Shown: piece by piece, positions 1 through 10,714 of the stretch
How the letters are laid out: each line of letters opens with the position of its first letter
How positions within the stretch are numbered: the first letter of the stretch is position 1
Source of the DNA: an uncultured Verrucomicrobiae bacterium
GTDB taxonomy: Bacteria; Verrucomicrobiota; Verrucomicrobiia; Chthoniobacterales; UBA10450
Direction of reading: 5' to 3'
DNA: 64,000 nucleotides
NCBI GenBank assembly: GCA_963772365.1
Contig: CAVYXA010000001.1
Coordinates: 1,376,001 to 1,440,000, forward strand
Program-made: the position numbers and the translations under genes
Notes under the pieces: generated by a model
Seen by the model: only the letters and a program-made list of their open reading frames with translations
What the model was told of the DNA's origin: nothing
Databases searched by the model: none

Positions 1-290
1 GCTCCAGGCCATCCATTTTTTGGAAGATCGACATCGGAGCGAGCGATAGATCGCTTCCGCAGCAACAACTATCTCGCCATCCGGCCCGATGAAAACAACC
101 GAGCGCGCGAACTGATCCCGCGGAATTTCCGGATATCGATCTCCGACTTCCTGAGACGTAACATAATCAACGTCGCCCGCAGTGATTTCGCGCCAACGTT
201 CAATCCAGCGGTCGACAAAGGTGACATTCACCGTCCCAAATCAGGAGCGGTTTGGTTGGCGGATTTGCAACACGTGAATGAGATCGGCGC
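1..290 (-). CDS. DCC1-like thiol-disulfide oxidoreductase (DUF393) N-terminal region, frameshifted, runs off the window edge
   Basis: Manual minus-strand translation gives VANPPTKPLLIWDGECHLC then (after a frameshift) RWIERWREITAGDVDY...EAIYRSL, with the DxxCxxC motif. The start is approximate. Confidence 0.65.
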
Positions 291-303
291 TTCACGAATT
301 CTT

Positions 304-1068
304 CTAATTCGCGAATTCTGCCCAAACCGGAGCGTGATCGGAAGGTTCTTTTCCCTCGCGCATTTCCCGGTCGATTCCCGCGTCAGTGCATTTTTCGCCA
401 GGGCCTCGCTAGCCAGCACAGCGTCGATCCGCAGCCCGCGATTTTTTGCGAAGGCGAGCATTCGGTAATCCCACCAGCTGAACATTCCTCCTCCGTTGTG
501 GTGAATTCGGAGCGTGTCGCGCAAACCGATTTCGCACAGTTCGTGAAACGCTTCTCGTTCGCCGTCGGAGCACATGATTGCCCCGCGCCAAAGATCGGGA
601 TCGTAAACATCGACATCTTCCGGCGCAACATTGAAATCGCCGCAGACAATCAGATCGCGCCGTTTCTCCTTCGCGACGCAATCACGCAGACGTCGGTACC
701 AATTCAGTTTGTACTCATAAGCTGGTGAACCAACAGCCTGTCCGTTCGGCGCGTAGATCGAAAAAATCCGCACATTATCGATGCTAGCCGCAATTATGCG
801 CGCTTGCGGATCGACAACTTCATCGCAAAGCGAAGCCCGCACATCGTGCATGCTCGCTTTTGGAGAGAATCGCGACGCCATTATACGATTTCTCTCCGTG
901 ATAGGACGCGTGATAGCCAATCGCCTTGAGCGCGAGGACAGGAAATTGATCGTCAGGACATTTCGTTTCCTGCAAACAAACGATGTCCGGCCGTGGACTT
1001 TCCAACCAGCCGAAGAAGCGGTCCTGCCGCTTCCGCAATGAATTAATGTTCCAGGAAACAACTCGCAT
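304..1068 (-). CDS. xth: Exodeoxyribonuclease III / AP endonuclease (split by at least 2 frameshifts)
   Basis: MRVVSWNINS, CLQETK, YNGVAILS, IYAPNG, CGDFNVAP, FSWWDYR, GLRID and terminal PSDHAPV motifs are spread over several frames. Confidence 0.92.
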
Positions 1069-1077
1069 CGCCATTGG

Positions 1078-2457
1078 TCACAATTCCAGTTCGACGCCCG
1101 GTTAGGCACGAATGACTTCTGCATTCGGCAATTCGCTCGCTGAGAGTTGCGCGCATCCATTCGACAGCCGGCGGATCGCCATGCACCAACACGATTTTCT
1201 TTGGTGAAGCCTTTTTTGCATAAGCAACGAGTGTTTCCCGCGAAGCGTGTGCGCTGAATTGGAATTGATTCAAATTGCACCGGACCGTTGCCCGGCCTCA
1301 TCCGGATCGAGTTGAACTTCGCCTCCCTCCGGCGCGTCGCGTAAGAGACCAGCCGGAGATTTTGGATCGGCATAGCCGACAAAGAAAATGGAATGCCGTG
1401 GATTTTCCACCAAACGCCGCGCGAAAATGTTGGATAACGTTTTTGCATCATCATTCCACTGGAGAGCGCATAAACGCGACCACTGCGGGCCGGCGCATCA
1501 TGAATCGTTTCGCCATTCAAAACGAACGGGGCGACTGTATCCAACAGCTGCAAACGCGGGAGTTGTCTCCGGACGATGGCTGCACGGCGATCGTAAGTCG
1601 CAGTCATTTTCGAGCTGAGACCGCCGATATAGATCGGGCAGTCGCGCAGCAATCCTTCGCGCCGGAATTTGTAAAGCATCGCCAGTGCTTCCTGCGTTTT
1701 CCCCAAGCGCGAACACCGGAATCAGGACGCACCCGCCGCCTCGACTGAAAGCTTTTTCAATCGCTTCACCCAGCCGTCGCTCTTCGCCGGATCGCGTCCA
1801 TTCGGCAGGCTGAGCATGATCGCCACGAGTACATTCCATGATCAGAATGTCGATCTTCTCCTCAGGAAAAACGGCAGCTTGCATGATGGTTTGATCGTCG
1901 AAATTGACATCACCCGTGTAAAAGACCGCGCGGCCTTCGGCGCGAAGCAGAACTCCAGCGGAACCGAGAACATGTCCGGCATCGAAAAATTCAAACGTCA
2001 GCCCTTTTACATCACTGGGCGAAGCGCGTTCGCCCGATATCGAAATGCACTGACGCATCGGGCAGGACCGCCAAAAATTAGCCGCGCGATCGACCCCGCG
2101 GTGCGTGAATAGCGGATACAACATTGCTCCAAGCTCTTCCCGTTGGCGCGTCATCACGTTCACGGAATTGTGCAGAAGCGTGTCCCCGATTTCCGCCGTC
2201 GCTTCGGTCATAAAGACCCGTGCGTCCGGCTGCCGGTGCATCAAGACCGGGAGCGTGCCGATATGGTCCTGATGCGCATGTGAAATAATAATGGCATCGA
2301 TCGTTCGATCGGCGATCGGCTTGAAATTTGGCAGCGCATTTTCACCCATCTCTTTCGGATGCATCCCGGAATCGAGCACCAGGCGATGACCGCCGATCTC
2401 GATGAAATACGAGTTCGCACCGATTTCGACGTGGCGGGTCAGGTTAGTGAATTTCAC
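1078..2457 (-). CDS. MBL-fold beta-CASP RNA-processing metallo-hydrolase (frameshifted)
   Basis: Motifs EIGANSY, LDSGMHP, HAHQDH, AGHVLGS, YTGD, IPVFALG, FSAHA and LVHGD are spread across ORFs 1498..2457, 228..1706 and 1043..1273. Confidence 0.88.
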
Positions 2458-2505
2458 GGTTCTTTAAGGCCTAAAAGCGTTACGGTGTCGAAGCGGCAGA
2501 TTCAA

Positions 2506-2597
2506 TGTCATGTCGAGCGGACCGAAACATCTCGATCCATTCCTCCGCGGACGAATCGGAAAATGATCGGAGATTTTTCGCTTCGCTCAGAATGACA
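2506..2597. repeat. Palindromic REP/MITE-like element, family A (TGTCAT..GAGC ... GCTCAGAATGACA)
   Basis: Imperfect terminal inverted repeats; related copies at 3707, 36302 and 46916. Confidence 0.8.
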
Positions 2598-2638
2598 ATT
2601 GTGAGATGGATTCTGGGTATGATCAGACAGCAATGGGA

Positions 2639-3682
2639 TCACAAAATCTGTTCGATGATACGCAGCCAGTTCTGGAACAGGATTTTCTCGATTTGTTCGT
2701 CGCTGAATCCGCGCTCGATCAGTTTGCGAGTAAGGTTCCGCGCGTGCGAATGATTGGTTAGATCGGGAATGTAATGCGGCGTGGTCAGTTTGGCCGCCAA
2801 TTCTTTCGCGACTGATTCCGGCACCTGACTCAGCAGATACTCGCAGAAATCGAACCCGATCCCGACGCAATCGATCCCGATCAGATCGGCCACATGTTCG
2901 ATATGATCGACATAATGATCGATCGTGCTCTGTTCCTTGTTGGGACTTACCAGAATGGCATTGATCCCGATGACTCCGCGCCGGTCACCGATCACTTTGA
3001 TCTGATCGTCACTAATGTTGCGCTCGATGTCGTAGAATTTTCGGGCATTGGTGTGAGAAACGATCAGTGGTTTCTTAGTAAGATCGACAACGTCATCGAA
3101 GCCCTGCGGATTGATGTGAGCCAGATCGATGATCATGCCCAGCCGTTCGCACTCGCGAACGATCTCCCTGCCAAATCCGGTGAGACCATCGCGCGACGAT
3201 CCGCTCGGCTTGAAAATCCCGCCGCTGCCCGCGGCATTGCGCCGCGCATGGGTGAGTCCGATCACGCGAACTCCCAGCTCGTAAAAGATGCGAAGTAGAC
3301 CCGGATCTTCGCCTAACGGTTCCACGCCTTCCATCGTAATCAGAAAGGCAATCTTGTTCGCTGCTTGCGCGTTCCGGATGTCGTCGCGCGTTTTGCAGAT
3401 CGCAAATCGCGCGTCCGTTTCAATTTCTTTGTAGAGTTGCGCGACCTGGCCGAGTCCGACTCGCAATGCCATTTCCGGCAGATAACGGTCCTCGATATAA
3501 ATCGCGGCGCCGATAAGGCTGATATTTCCCGCCTGGAACTCCGGCAAATAATGGGAAGTTAACGCGCCCGGTCGCTGGCGTTTTTCATACAAATCCAGCG
3601 GCAAGTCGAAATGAAGATCGACAAGTCCATGCCGATGAAGCCGATCGATGCGCGTTTCGATTGAGTGTTCAGACATGATCAA
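2639..3682 (-). CDS. Membrane dipeptidase (peptidase M19)
   Basis: VDLHFD, ITMEG, GLTH, IIDLAH, IVSHTN, RNISD, GIGFDF motifs. Confidence 0.92.
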   Translation of the reverse strand: MIMSEHSIETRIDRLHRHGLVDLHFDLPLDLYEKRQRPGALTSHYLPEFQAGNISLIGAAIYIEDRYLPEMALRVGLGQVAQLYKEIETDARFAICKTRDDIRNAQAANKIAFLITMEGVEPLGEDPGLLRIFYELGVRVIGLTHARRNAAGSGGIFKPSGSSRDGLTGFGREIVRECERLGMIIDLAHINPQGFDDVVDLTKKPLIVSHTNARKFYDIERNISDDQIKVIGDRRGVIGINAILVSPNKEQSTIDHYVDHIEHVADLIGIDCVGIGFDFCEYLLSQVPESVAKELAAKLTTPHYIPDLTNHSHARNLTRKLIERGFSDEQIEKILFQNWLRIIEQIL

Positions 3683-3706
3683 TTAAGCCGCATGACCATC
3701 TTTAGC

Positions 3707-3799
3707 TGTCATTCTGAGCGCAGCGAAGAATCTCTGACTTTCTCTTCGAGGCACTGGTAGCCGAATAGTTTGAGATGTTTCGCTCTGCTCAACATGACA
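3707..3799. repeat. Palindromic element, family A
   Basis: TGTCATTCTGAGCGCAGCGAAGAATCTC ... GAGATGTTTCGCTCTGCTCAACATGACA. Confidence 0.8.
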
Positions 3800-3831
3800 A
3801 TGGGATGCTGCGCCGGCTTGGAGGCATTAAA

Positions 3832-5064
3832 TTACGGTAGAGCCGCCGCTCCGGTTCGCTTCCTCTGTTTTGGTTTATTGAAAATGGAGGCAAACACGAC
3901 GACGACCCAGATTAATCCAAGCGGCAGGAAACCGGGGATCCAAACATTCCAGCGAGTTAAAACGGTGAACGCGATGAGACAATAGGCGGCCGAAAACGCG
4001 ATGCCTGCCAACAGCAGATCCACGAAACGCAACCGGCAGAGCAGCCAGGTGGCCGCTGCGATTGCTAAAAGAATTCCATAATCAAAAATCCAGCTGACCC
4101 GGTGGACAAATGAGTTGGTCTCGATTGTGGCAATGGTCGCCGGCAGCATATCGGGAGTTTCAAATGGATTTCGAGCCCGGCGCCCCAGCACAATCTGATC
4201 GTGCAGATCATCCAGAGAGATCGCTTCCGGGAGCTTCCTCTCCTTTTGCTGCGCTGCCAGCAAAAGTTCGTTAAGGATAAGATATCGGGCGCCTCTGGCT
4301 GCGCTCGGCTTGATCAAAGCTGTGCCATCGGATCGGATCGGGATTCTCGTCCCGTTCGGGAATGAAATGGAGGAGCCGATGTCGATCTTAACTTCGGCGG
4401 GTGTGACGCGCATCCAAAGCATTGCAGCTTGCAGCGCAAAGGAAGGAATGACTTCTCCGCGATAGTCGAACAACAACGGCACGTGGACAGTGGCTTCGCC
4501 CGACAACGGAACAAACCCAGGCGCCGAAATGAGCCGGAGATCTTCGTCCGGTTGCCTACTGATTCTTAAAAACGCCGGCAGATCACCGCGCTTACCGCGG
4601 ACATTTGGAAACCCGGAGATTTCCGCCACCGGCGCATCGGGGTCCGGGGTCGCGGTCAACTCGGTGGCGAGCAGTAGCTTCGGCACTCGTATAGCTTGGT
4701 CGACCAGGATTTGCTCTTCGTCTTTTTTGTTTTCAGGCCAATCCAGAATCGGCTCGAACGCGACGACAGTGGGATTGAATTCGAGTAAAGCCTGGAGAAA
4801 AAGCGCCAGTTCGACGGGCGAATTCTTCGCGCCGGCTCCTCGCAAAAATCTCTCCGTCGGATCGAAGTCGCTGCGTTCCTTCTGGTCTTCCGGCTTGCCA
4901 GCGAGATCGACAATCGTCAATGGCGCCGATTTTACATGAATGGCCGAATTGCGGACCAACCAGCCAAGAAAAATTTCTTCCGTGCGCTGAAGTCTTTGAT
5001 CGCGAATAAAAAGAATCCCCAGCACTAAAACTACCAGCATCAGCAGGGTCGACTGTCGTCGCAT
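3832..5064 (-). CDS. CHASE2-like extracytoplasmic sensor membrane protein without an output domain
   Basis: N-terminal TM, PTVVAFEPIL, VPLLFDYRGEVIPSFALQA, RIPIRSDG, three C-terminal TM helices. Confidence 0.6.
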   Translation of the reverse strand: MRRQSTLLMLVVLVLGILFIRDQRLQRTEEIFLGWLVRNSAIHVKSAPLTIVDLAGKPEDQKERSDFDPTERFLRGAGAKNSPVELALFLQALLEFNPTVVAFEPILDWPENKKDEEQILVDQAIRVPKLLLATELTATPDPDAPVAEISGFPNVRGKRGDLPAFLRISRQPDEDLRLISAPGFVPLSGEATVHVPLLFDYRGEVIPSFALQAAMLWMRVTPAEVKIDIGSSISFPNGTRIPIRSDGTALIKPSAARGARYLILNELLLAAQQKERKLPEAISLDDLHDQIVLGRRARNPFETPDMLPATIATIETNSFVHRVSWIFDYGILLAIAAATWLLCRLRFVDLLLAGIAFSAAYCLIAFTVLTRWNVWIPGFLPLGLIWVVVVFASIFNKPKQRKRTGAAALP

Positions 5065-5281
5065 CGCGGCAGAACGTAGAAACTACCGGCGCTAAAAACA
5101 AACTGAATCAGGTGCCCGAGTTGATTACGAGCACAGGCGATCCGGCGAAAGCGCCACCGGAATATGACCGACTGGTGCGAAAACGGTCCCAGCATCCAAT
5201 AGAAAAAGCTGGCTAATGCGGTCGGACCTGCGCCCCGCGATCAAAGCTGGGAGATTCGCTCTGATTGCCAGCCAGCGTCGG

Positions 5282-7417
5282 TCACGGCCTGAACAAGGTC
5301 CAGCCAGCAGTAACGATCGGGCCGTATGCTCCGCTGACAAAGGTGTGGTTGTTCAGGTACCACACAACTGAGCGGTGTGCTCCTGGACTAAAAAGAGCGT
5401 AATCAGCTTTGCCATCCCTATTGTAATCCGCTGTACCCACCAATGTATATCCGGCTGCAACAGTCGGTCCATAAGCAGCACTAATTCTCGTTACGCCATT
5501 TAGATACCAAATTGCAGTCTGCCTCGTCGGTGGGTAGTAAAGCAAATAATCGTTCTTCCCATCACGATTGAAATCGGCCACGCCCGCTACGGTCCAACCC
5601 GGCGGTAGAGTCGGCCCGTGAACGCCACTAACGTAAGTACTATTATTCAAGTACCAGATCACTGTTTGGTGAGTGGAGGTATTATAGAGGACATAATCGG
5701 GTTTGTTGTCTCTGTTAAAATCCCCGGCTCTCAAGAGAATCCAAGGAGCTGGCAGCGTTGGCCCGTACCTTTGAGTAATCAGATGTCCAGCCGATAAATA
5801 CCAGATTGCACTTTGGCGCGTACTGGAACGGTAAAGCAGGTAATCAGCTTTGCCATCAAGGTTGAAATCAGCGACGTCAATCAATTGCCAGCCTGCCGGA
5901 ATTGTCGGCCCGTACGTTGAGCCGATTCGTGTGATATTATTCAAATACCAAACTGCCGTCTGATGCGTACTGGGCTTGAGGAGCACGAAGTCGGCTTTTC
6001 GATCTCCATTAAAATCGAACCGAACCGGCTGCGGCGTTGTCCCGCCGCCATCCCACCCAATCACATCAAGATTGATCCCTTCGGGCGAAGTCGCAGTGAC
6101 ATCTAAATATTGGCCTGGGCAAAGGAAGGCATTTTGCGGATAAGGATGCGGCTGCGGGCAGGATGGGCTGTCCCAGTCTCCACGATCACCATTCGGGTTC
6201 TGACTAAAATCAACAATATTCGTGTTGCCGTTGTTGATCGAAAAATAGCGCAAACCAGTTGTCTGGTTACTCCTCACACCCGGGCTTGAAAAGCTAAAGA
6301 GATCTTGAGGCCTAAGAGCACCATTATTCTGGCAGAAAGGACAATCATGGTAGGTGCCGAAGCCCAGGACTTCATCCATCTCGTGTTGAAGTGATCGCTG
6401 CGCGTCATAGTTGCTGGCGCTAGGTGGCCGAGTGAACTGGAACGGATCAGCTGAATTCAGTGTGACGATCCCGTCATATGGCCCACCGCTGGATGAACAA
6501 GTCCCACTCGCGTCACACTCCGGCGGCGTGTTGAATCGAAGGGCTCTCCCATTGGCACTTGAGATAACGACGCTGTTAACTCCGGGCGGCGGCCCCGGCG
6601 GCAAATTCGCATTCGCGACATTATCATTCGCCGTGGTGTGATCCGCTACCAGAGCATTCAGATAAGTACTCCACGGTTCACTATTGATCCCGTAAACACT
6701 GTACGCATTGATACTGGGAGGCAGTGGAGTGCCATCGGGCTTGGTCGTTGCGTAGCGATATCGAATTGGCACTGTAACCGCGTCGCGATGGAGATTTTCC
6801 AGAATTCCGATCGCGCGATTGATGCAAGCCTCGATTGCCGCCGCGTTTGGCCTCCCAGTGATCGAAGAATCAAATGTCGGTACAATATTCAGACCCGTGG
6901 CGGGCTGGGTTATCACTTCAGTGGGCTCTGAACTCACGCCAGCGCCGGTCGCACCGTATGCCGTGACTCGATAATCGTACTTTGTGCCCGGCTGGAGGCC
7001 CGTCACAGCTGTTGCCGTAACACTGCCAACATTCAGCTTGCGATAGCCTTCCACATAACTCACAAATTCGCGAGTGGAAGATACGTCTAGGATATACCCA
7101 CTCGCCCCAGCCACCGCTTGCCAATTCGCCATGAAGGTGCTCCTCGTCGGCGGCGTTGTGGCGATGTACGCAGCTAGCTCTTCCGGACTTTCTGGCACCG
7201 TCGGCCCCTGAATACCCGCGTCCCTGTTCCAAGTGCTATGGCTATTGCTATTGGCTGGAACGCCGGCGTTTGGAGCAAAACTCTGCCTGCTCCCAGCTCC
7301 AGTTGAGCCTGCACGGAGCACGCTAATAGCCATGATGATGCCGATAAAGCAAAGAAGCGACCCCGCTAAAACGCGAGGGATAAAGAAGCCGGACTGGATG
7401 GAGCGATGTTTTTTCAT
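5282..7417 (-). CDS. Secreted multidomain protein: FN3 domain + metalloprotease-like domain (HEMDEVLG) + five FG-GAP/VCBS repeats
   Basis: N-terminal hydrophobic segment; FN3 signature (W..V.GA.GY...VTGLQPGTKYDYRV); HExxE motif resembling the NF038122 metalloprotease family; five D(F/Y)NxDxKxD repeats. Confidence 0.75.
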   Translation of the reverse strand: MKKHRSIQSGFFIPRVLAGSLLCFIGIIMAISVLRAGSTGAGSRQSFAPNAGVPANSNSHSTWNRDAGIQGPTVPESPEELAAYIATTPPTRSTFMANWQAVAGASGYILDVSSTREFVSYVEGYRKLNVGSVTATAVTGLQPGTKYDYRVTAYGATGAGVSSEPTEVITQPATGLNIVPTFDSSITGRPNAAAIEACINRAIGILENLHRDAVTVPIRYRYATTKPDGTPLPPSINAYSVYGINSEPWSTYLNALVADHTTANDNVANANLPPGPPPGVNSVVISSANGRALRFNTPPECDASGTCSSSGGPYDGIVTLNSADPFQFTRPPSASNYDAQRSLQHEMDEVLGFGTYHDCPFCQNNGALRPQDLFSFSSPGVRSNQTTGLRYFSINNGNTNIVDFSQNPNGDRGDWDSPSCPQPHPYPQNAFLCPGQYLDVTATSPEGINLDVIGWDGGGTTPQPVRFDFNGDRKADFVLLKPSTHQTAVWYLNNITRIGSTYGPTIPAGWQLIDVADFNLDGKADYLLYRSSTRQSAIWYLSAGHLITQRYGPTLPAPWILLRAGDFNRDNKPDYVLYNTSTHQTVIWYLNNSTYVSGVHGPTLPPGWTVAGVADFNRDGKNDYLLYYPPTRQTAIWYLNGVTRISAAYGPTVAAGYTLVGTADYNRDGKADYALFSPGAHRSVVWYLNNHTFVSGAYGPIVTAGWTLFRP

Positions 7418-7447
7418 GATACGTGGATTGTTAAGTTGTTTGTTTCA

Positions 7448-7574
7448 GCGCTGTCCCGGGCAAAGCGCCAGACAAAATTCTGCGGAAAGCGGAAATTCTA
7501 GTCGCGATAGCAGGTTTCTAAGCATATTTGTTCTCACCTAAGGAAATGCGAAAAATCGACCATCAAAACGGACA
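7448..7574 (-). promoter_or_regulatory. Two TGTC-N20-CGC motifs exactly 100 bp apart; candidate ECF-sigma promoters
   Basis: Minus strand 7574-7548 TGTC CGTTTTGATGGTCGATTTTT CGC and 7474-7448 TGTC TGGCGCTTTGCCCGGGACAG CGC. The function is inferred. Confidence 0.35.
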
Positions 7575-7646
7575 TTTCCCGCGAAAATAGTTCCCATTAT
7601 CCGATTAAACAGATAAGATTGAGAAGCGGCCGAGAGGAGGCCGGGA

Positions 7647-8207
7647 ATGAACGATATTACCCAGATTCTAAAAAACTGGAGTGCCGGAGACCAGAGCGCC
7701 GCCGACGAACTCATGCCGCTCGTTTATGAACAGCTTCGACAGCTAGCCCGGAACTATCTTTCCCGCGAGCGAGGCGACCACACCCTGCAGCCGACAGCAC
7801 TCGTCCATGAAGCTTATCTGCGGATGGCTGATCAGACACGGCTTACCTGGAAAGATCGGGCGCATTTTTACGGAATCGCCGCCCGCGTGATGCGAAGAGT
7901 CCTGGTGGATCACGCTCGTGCCTATAACGCCGCAAAACGTGGAGGTCTCCAGCAGAAGCTCACCATCGAGGAAGCACAAGAACTGCCGGCTGCGCCCGAT
8001 GTCGATCTTGTGCAGCTTGATGGCGCACTGGAGGACTTCGCGAAAGATTACCCGCGCAAGAGCGAAGTGGTGGAGCTGAAATTCTTCGGCGGACTCGATG
8101 CCAGGGAAATCTCCGAAGTATTGCACGTCTCGGAAAAAACGGTGTTACGCGATTGGAATTTCGCCAAGCTCTGGCTGTGCCGCGCGTTGAGCGAAAATGC
8201 AGCCTGA
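7647..8207 (+). CDS. ECF sigma factor, TIGR02999 type
   Basis: ITQIL..W..GD..A.DELMPLVYEQLR, HTLQPTALVHEAYLR, VVELKFFGGL, RDWNFAKLWL. Confidence 0.95.
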   Translation: MNDITQILKNWSAGDQSAADELMPLVYEQLRQLARNYLSRERGDHTLQPTALVHEAYLRMADQTRLTWKDRAHFYGIAARVMRRVLVDHARAYNAAKRGGLQQKLTIEEAQELPAAPDVDLVQLDGALEDFAKDYPRKSEVVELKFFGGLDAREISEVLHVSEKTVLRDWNFAKLWLCRALSENAA

Positions 8208-10641
8208 GCGGGATAGCCCGGCGGAAGAAGCCGTCGCCGACTTCTCTTCCAGTCGAAAGCAGCGTGTCGCGGAGATCGTTGAAGCCGCGGTCGAACGTCC
8301 TTTGGCAGAGCGCGCAGGATTTCTGGATGAAGCTTGCGCCGGTGATGTCGATCTACGGCGCGAAGTTCAATCGCTCCTGGCGTTTCAAAATGACGCCACC
8401 GATTTCATTGAAAAGCCAGCGTATGAAATTGCCGGCGCCAAGCGTTCGGATTTTCAAGGCGAACTCAAATCTGGCGACCAGATTGATGATTACAAAATCA
8501 TATCGCAGATCGGGGAAGGAGGGATGGGCGAAGTTTACCTGGCCGAAGACCTAAAACTGGGCCGCAAAATAGCGATCAAGCTTCTTAAGCTCGGGCTTGG
8601 CACTGCGAACATTGTCCGGCGCTTTCGACAGGAAGAACGGATCCTGGCCGGCTTACTTCATCCTAATATCGCCCAACTGTACGGCGGCGGCGTTGCAACA
8701 AATGGATTGCCATATTTCGTGATGGAATATGTCGATGGCCCGCGGTTGGATGATTACTGCCGAGAAAGATTTCGAGATTCCGGTGCGGGTCATTTGTCGA
8801 TACTGGAGCAACTGGGCTCGTTTAGAAAAATCTGCTCCGCTGTCGCCTACGCGCATCAACGCCTGGTGATTCATCGCGACCTCAAGCCGGCTAACATTCG
8901 AGTCGCTGCGGATGGCGAACCGAAGCTCCTCGATTTCGGAATTGCGAAATTGCTCGATCCGGCCACCACCACTCCCGAAATGACCATGACGTTCGCCCCG
9001 ATGATGACGCCGGAATACGCCAGCCCGGAGCAAATCCGCGGAGAAAATATGACGACGGCAACCGATGTTTACAGTCTGGGCGTTCTCCTTTACGAGCTGC
9101 TAACCGGTATCCGGCCATACCGGCTGAAAACGCGCAACGCGACTGGAATTGCGCGAGCAATTGCCGAGCAGGAACCGATTAAGCCGAGCTTGGCGGTAGC
9201 TGAGGAGATTCCAACATCGAAAATCGATCGTCGAAGATCGCTCAAGGGCGATCTCGATAACATCGTGCTCAAAGCGCTGCGCAAGGAACCGGAGCGACGG
9301 TACGGATCGGTGACGGAACTGTCCGACGACATTCGCCGTTACATCGAAGGCCTTCCGGTGACGGCTCGCAAGGATACGCTTGGCTATCGCACGGCGAAGT
9401 TCATCGCGCGTCATCGGATCAGTGTAGCGGCCGCGGTTCTCATGGTTTTGATCCTCGCCAGCGGCGTAATAGCTGTCGGCTGGGAAGCGAACCAGGCAAA
9501 CCAGCAGCGCGCGCGCGCCGAACATCGATTCAACGAAGTACGGCGCTTGGCGAACTCGCTCCTCTTCGAGATGCATGATGCGATTCAAAATCTCCCCGGA
9601 TCCACGGCGGCACGCGAGCTCCTGGTGAAACGAGCGCTCCAGTATTTGGACAGCCTGGCGCGGGAATCAGGCAATGATCTGTCCCTGCAACGCGAGCTCG
9701 CGGCGGCGTATGTGCGAACCGGCAACGTTCAAGGCAATCCGAACAATGCGAATCTTGGGGACACGAGCGGTGCGCTAGAAAGTTATCGTCATGCCCAGCG
9801 TATCAACGACGAGATTTTGGCAGCGAATCCCGGCGATTCCGAGGCTCGACGTGCGCTGGCGATCAACGAAGAAAAGATGAGTGACGTGCAAGCGGCGATG
9901 GGAAAAATTGGAGCGGCCGTCGAGACTGCACGCAAATCGCTGGCAATTTTCAAGGCGCTAGCCAAAGCCAATCCTGCAAATCTGCGGGCACAACGCTCAG
10001 TGGCGATCAGCTACATGAAAACTGGCGATGTTCTCGGCAACTCGAATTTTCCAAATGCAGGCAATAATGAAGCCGCCATGGCTAATTACCAAGCTTCCTC
10101 CGAGATCGTTCACGCGCTTTACCGAGCCAATCCCAACAACGTGGACCTCGGAATGTGGCTCGGTCGGATTTACGAAAGAATCGGCACGATTCTGGAACAG
10201 CAGGGCAAAATCGACGCGGCAAAGCAGAGTTATGGTCAATCCCAACTAGTTCGTGAACGTTTGGCAAAAAGAAATCCGCAAAACGCCGATGCCGTTCGCG
10301 ATTTGGCGGTCGCCCACGAAAAGATGGGAAATGTCATGACAGCAGTTGGAGATTTAAATGCCGCACTCGAACATCGAAACAAGTCGCTCCAGATTTTTAA
10401 ACAACTTGCCATCGCCGACCCAAACAATGCGCAGGCTCAGTTATCGCTCGCCATTAGTTATATCCACTTGGGGGATCTGCTCGGCTATCCGGGCTCGCCG
10501 AATCTCGGACGCCGTGACGAGGCGCGCGAGAATTACCAACACGCAATCGACATTTTGCAGCGCGCGAAAAATTTCGGATCGACGGACGCCAAAGTGCAGA
10601 CCAACCTCGATCTGCTCCGCGATCGGATCCGGCAGTTGTGA
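8197..10641 (+). CDS. Membrane Ser/Thr protein kinase with C-terminal TPR-like repeats
   Basis: IGEGGMGEVY, IAIK, HRDLKPANI, DFG, TPEYASPEQ, one TM, helical repeats. Overlaps the 3' end of the sigma gene. Confidence 0.95.
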   Translation: MQPERDSPAEEAVADFSSSRKQRVAEIVEAAVERPLAERAGFLDEACAGDVDLRREVQSLLAFQNDATDFIEKPAYEIAGAKRSDFQGELKSGDQIDDYKIISQIGEGGMGEVYLAEDLKLGRKIAIKLLKLGLGTANIVRRFRQEERILAGLLHPNIAQLYGGGVATNGLPYFVMEYVDGPRLDDYCRERFRDSGAGHLSILEQLGSFRKICSAVAYAHQRLVIHRDLKPANIRVAADGEPKLLDFGIAKLLDPATTTPEMTMTFAPMMTPEYASPEQIRGENMTTATDVYSLGVLLYELLTGIRPYRLKTRNATGIARAIAEQEPIKPSLAVAEEIPTSKIDRRRSLKGDLDNIVLKALRKEPERRYGSVTELSDDIRRYIEGLPVTARKDTLGYRTAKFIARHRISVAAAVLMVLILASGVIAVGWEANQANQQRARAEHRFNEVRRLANSLLFEMHDAIQNLPGSTAARELLVKRALQYLDSLARESGNDLSLQRELAAAYVRTGNVQGNPNNANLGDTSGALESYRHAQRINDEILAANPGDSEARRALAINEEKMSDVQAAMGKIGAAVETARKSLAIFKALAKANPANLRAQRSVAISYMKTGDVLGNSNFPNAGNNEAAMANYQASSEIVHALYRANPNNVDLGMWLGRIYERIGTILEQQGKIDAAKQSYGQSQLVRERLAKRNPQNADAVRDLAVAHEKMGNVMTAVGDLNAALEHRNKSLQIFKQLAIADPNNAQAQLSLAISYIHLGDLLGYPGSPNLGRRDEARENYQHAIDILQRAKNFGSTDAKVQTNLDLLRDRIRQL

Positions 10642-10714
10642 TTTGCCGAAGTGAAATTCGGCCGGGCATGGCTTGCTCATGCCGCTCTGGACGGTAGCAT
10701 GTCACTGATAAATC

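Noticed and set aside
228..1706. 492-aa ORF that looks like an MBL-nuclease/exonuclease III fusion
   Set aside because: It is a frame artefact stitching frameshifted parts of two adjacent genes; each has its own start and stop (1078 and 304).
5125..5340. 71-aa ORF between the CHASE2-like and protease genes
   Set aside because: It has no motif or RBS support and overlaps the upstream gene end.
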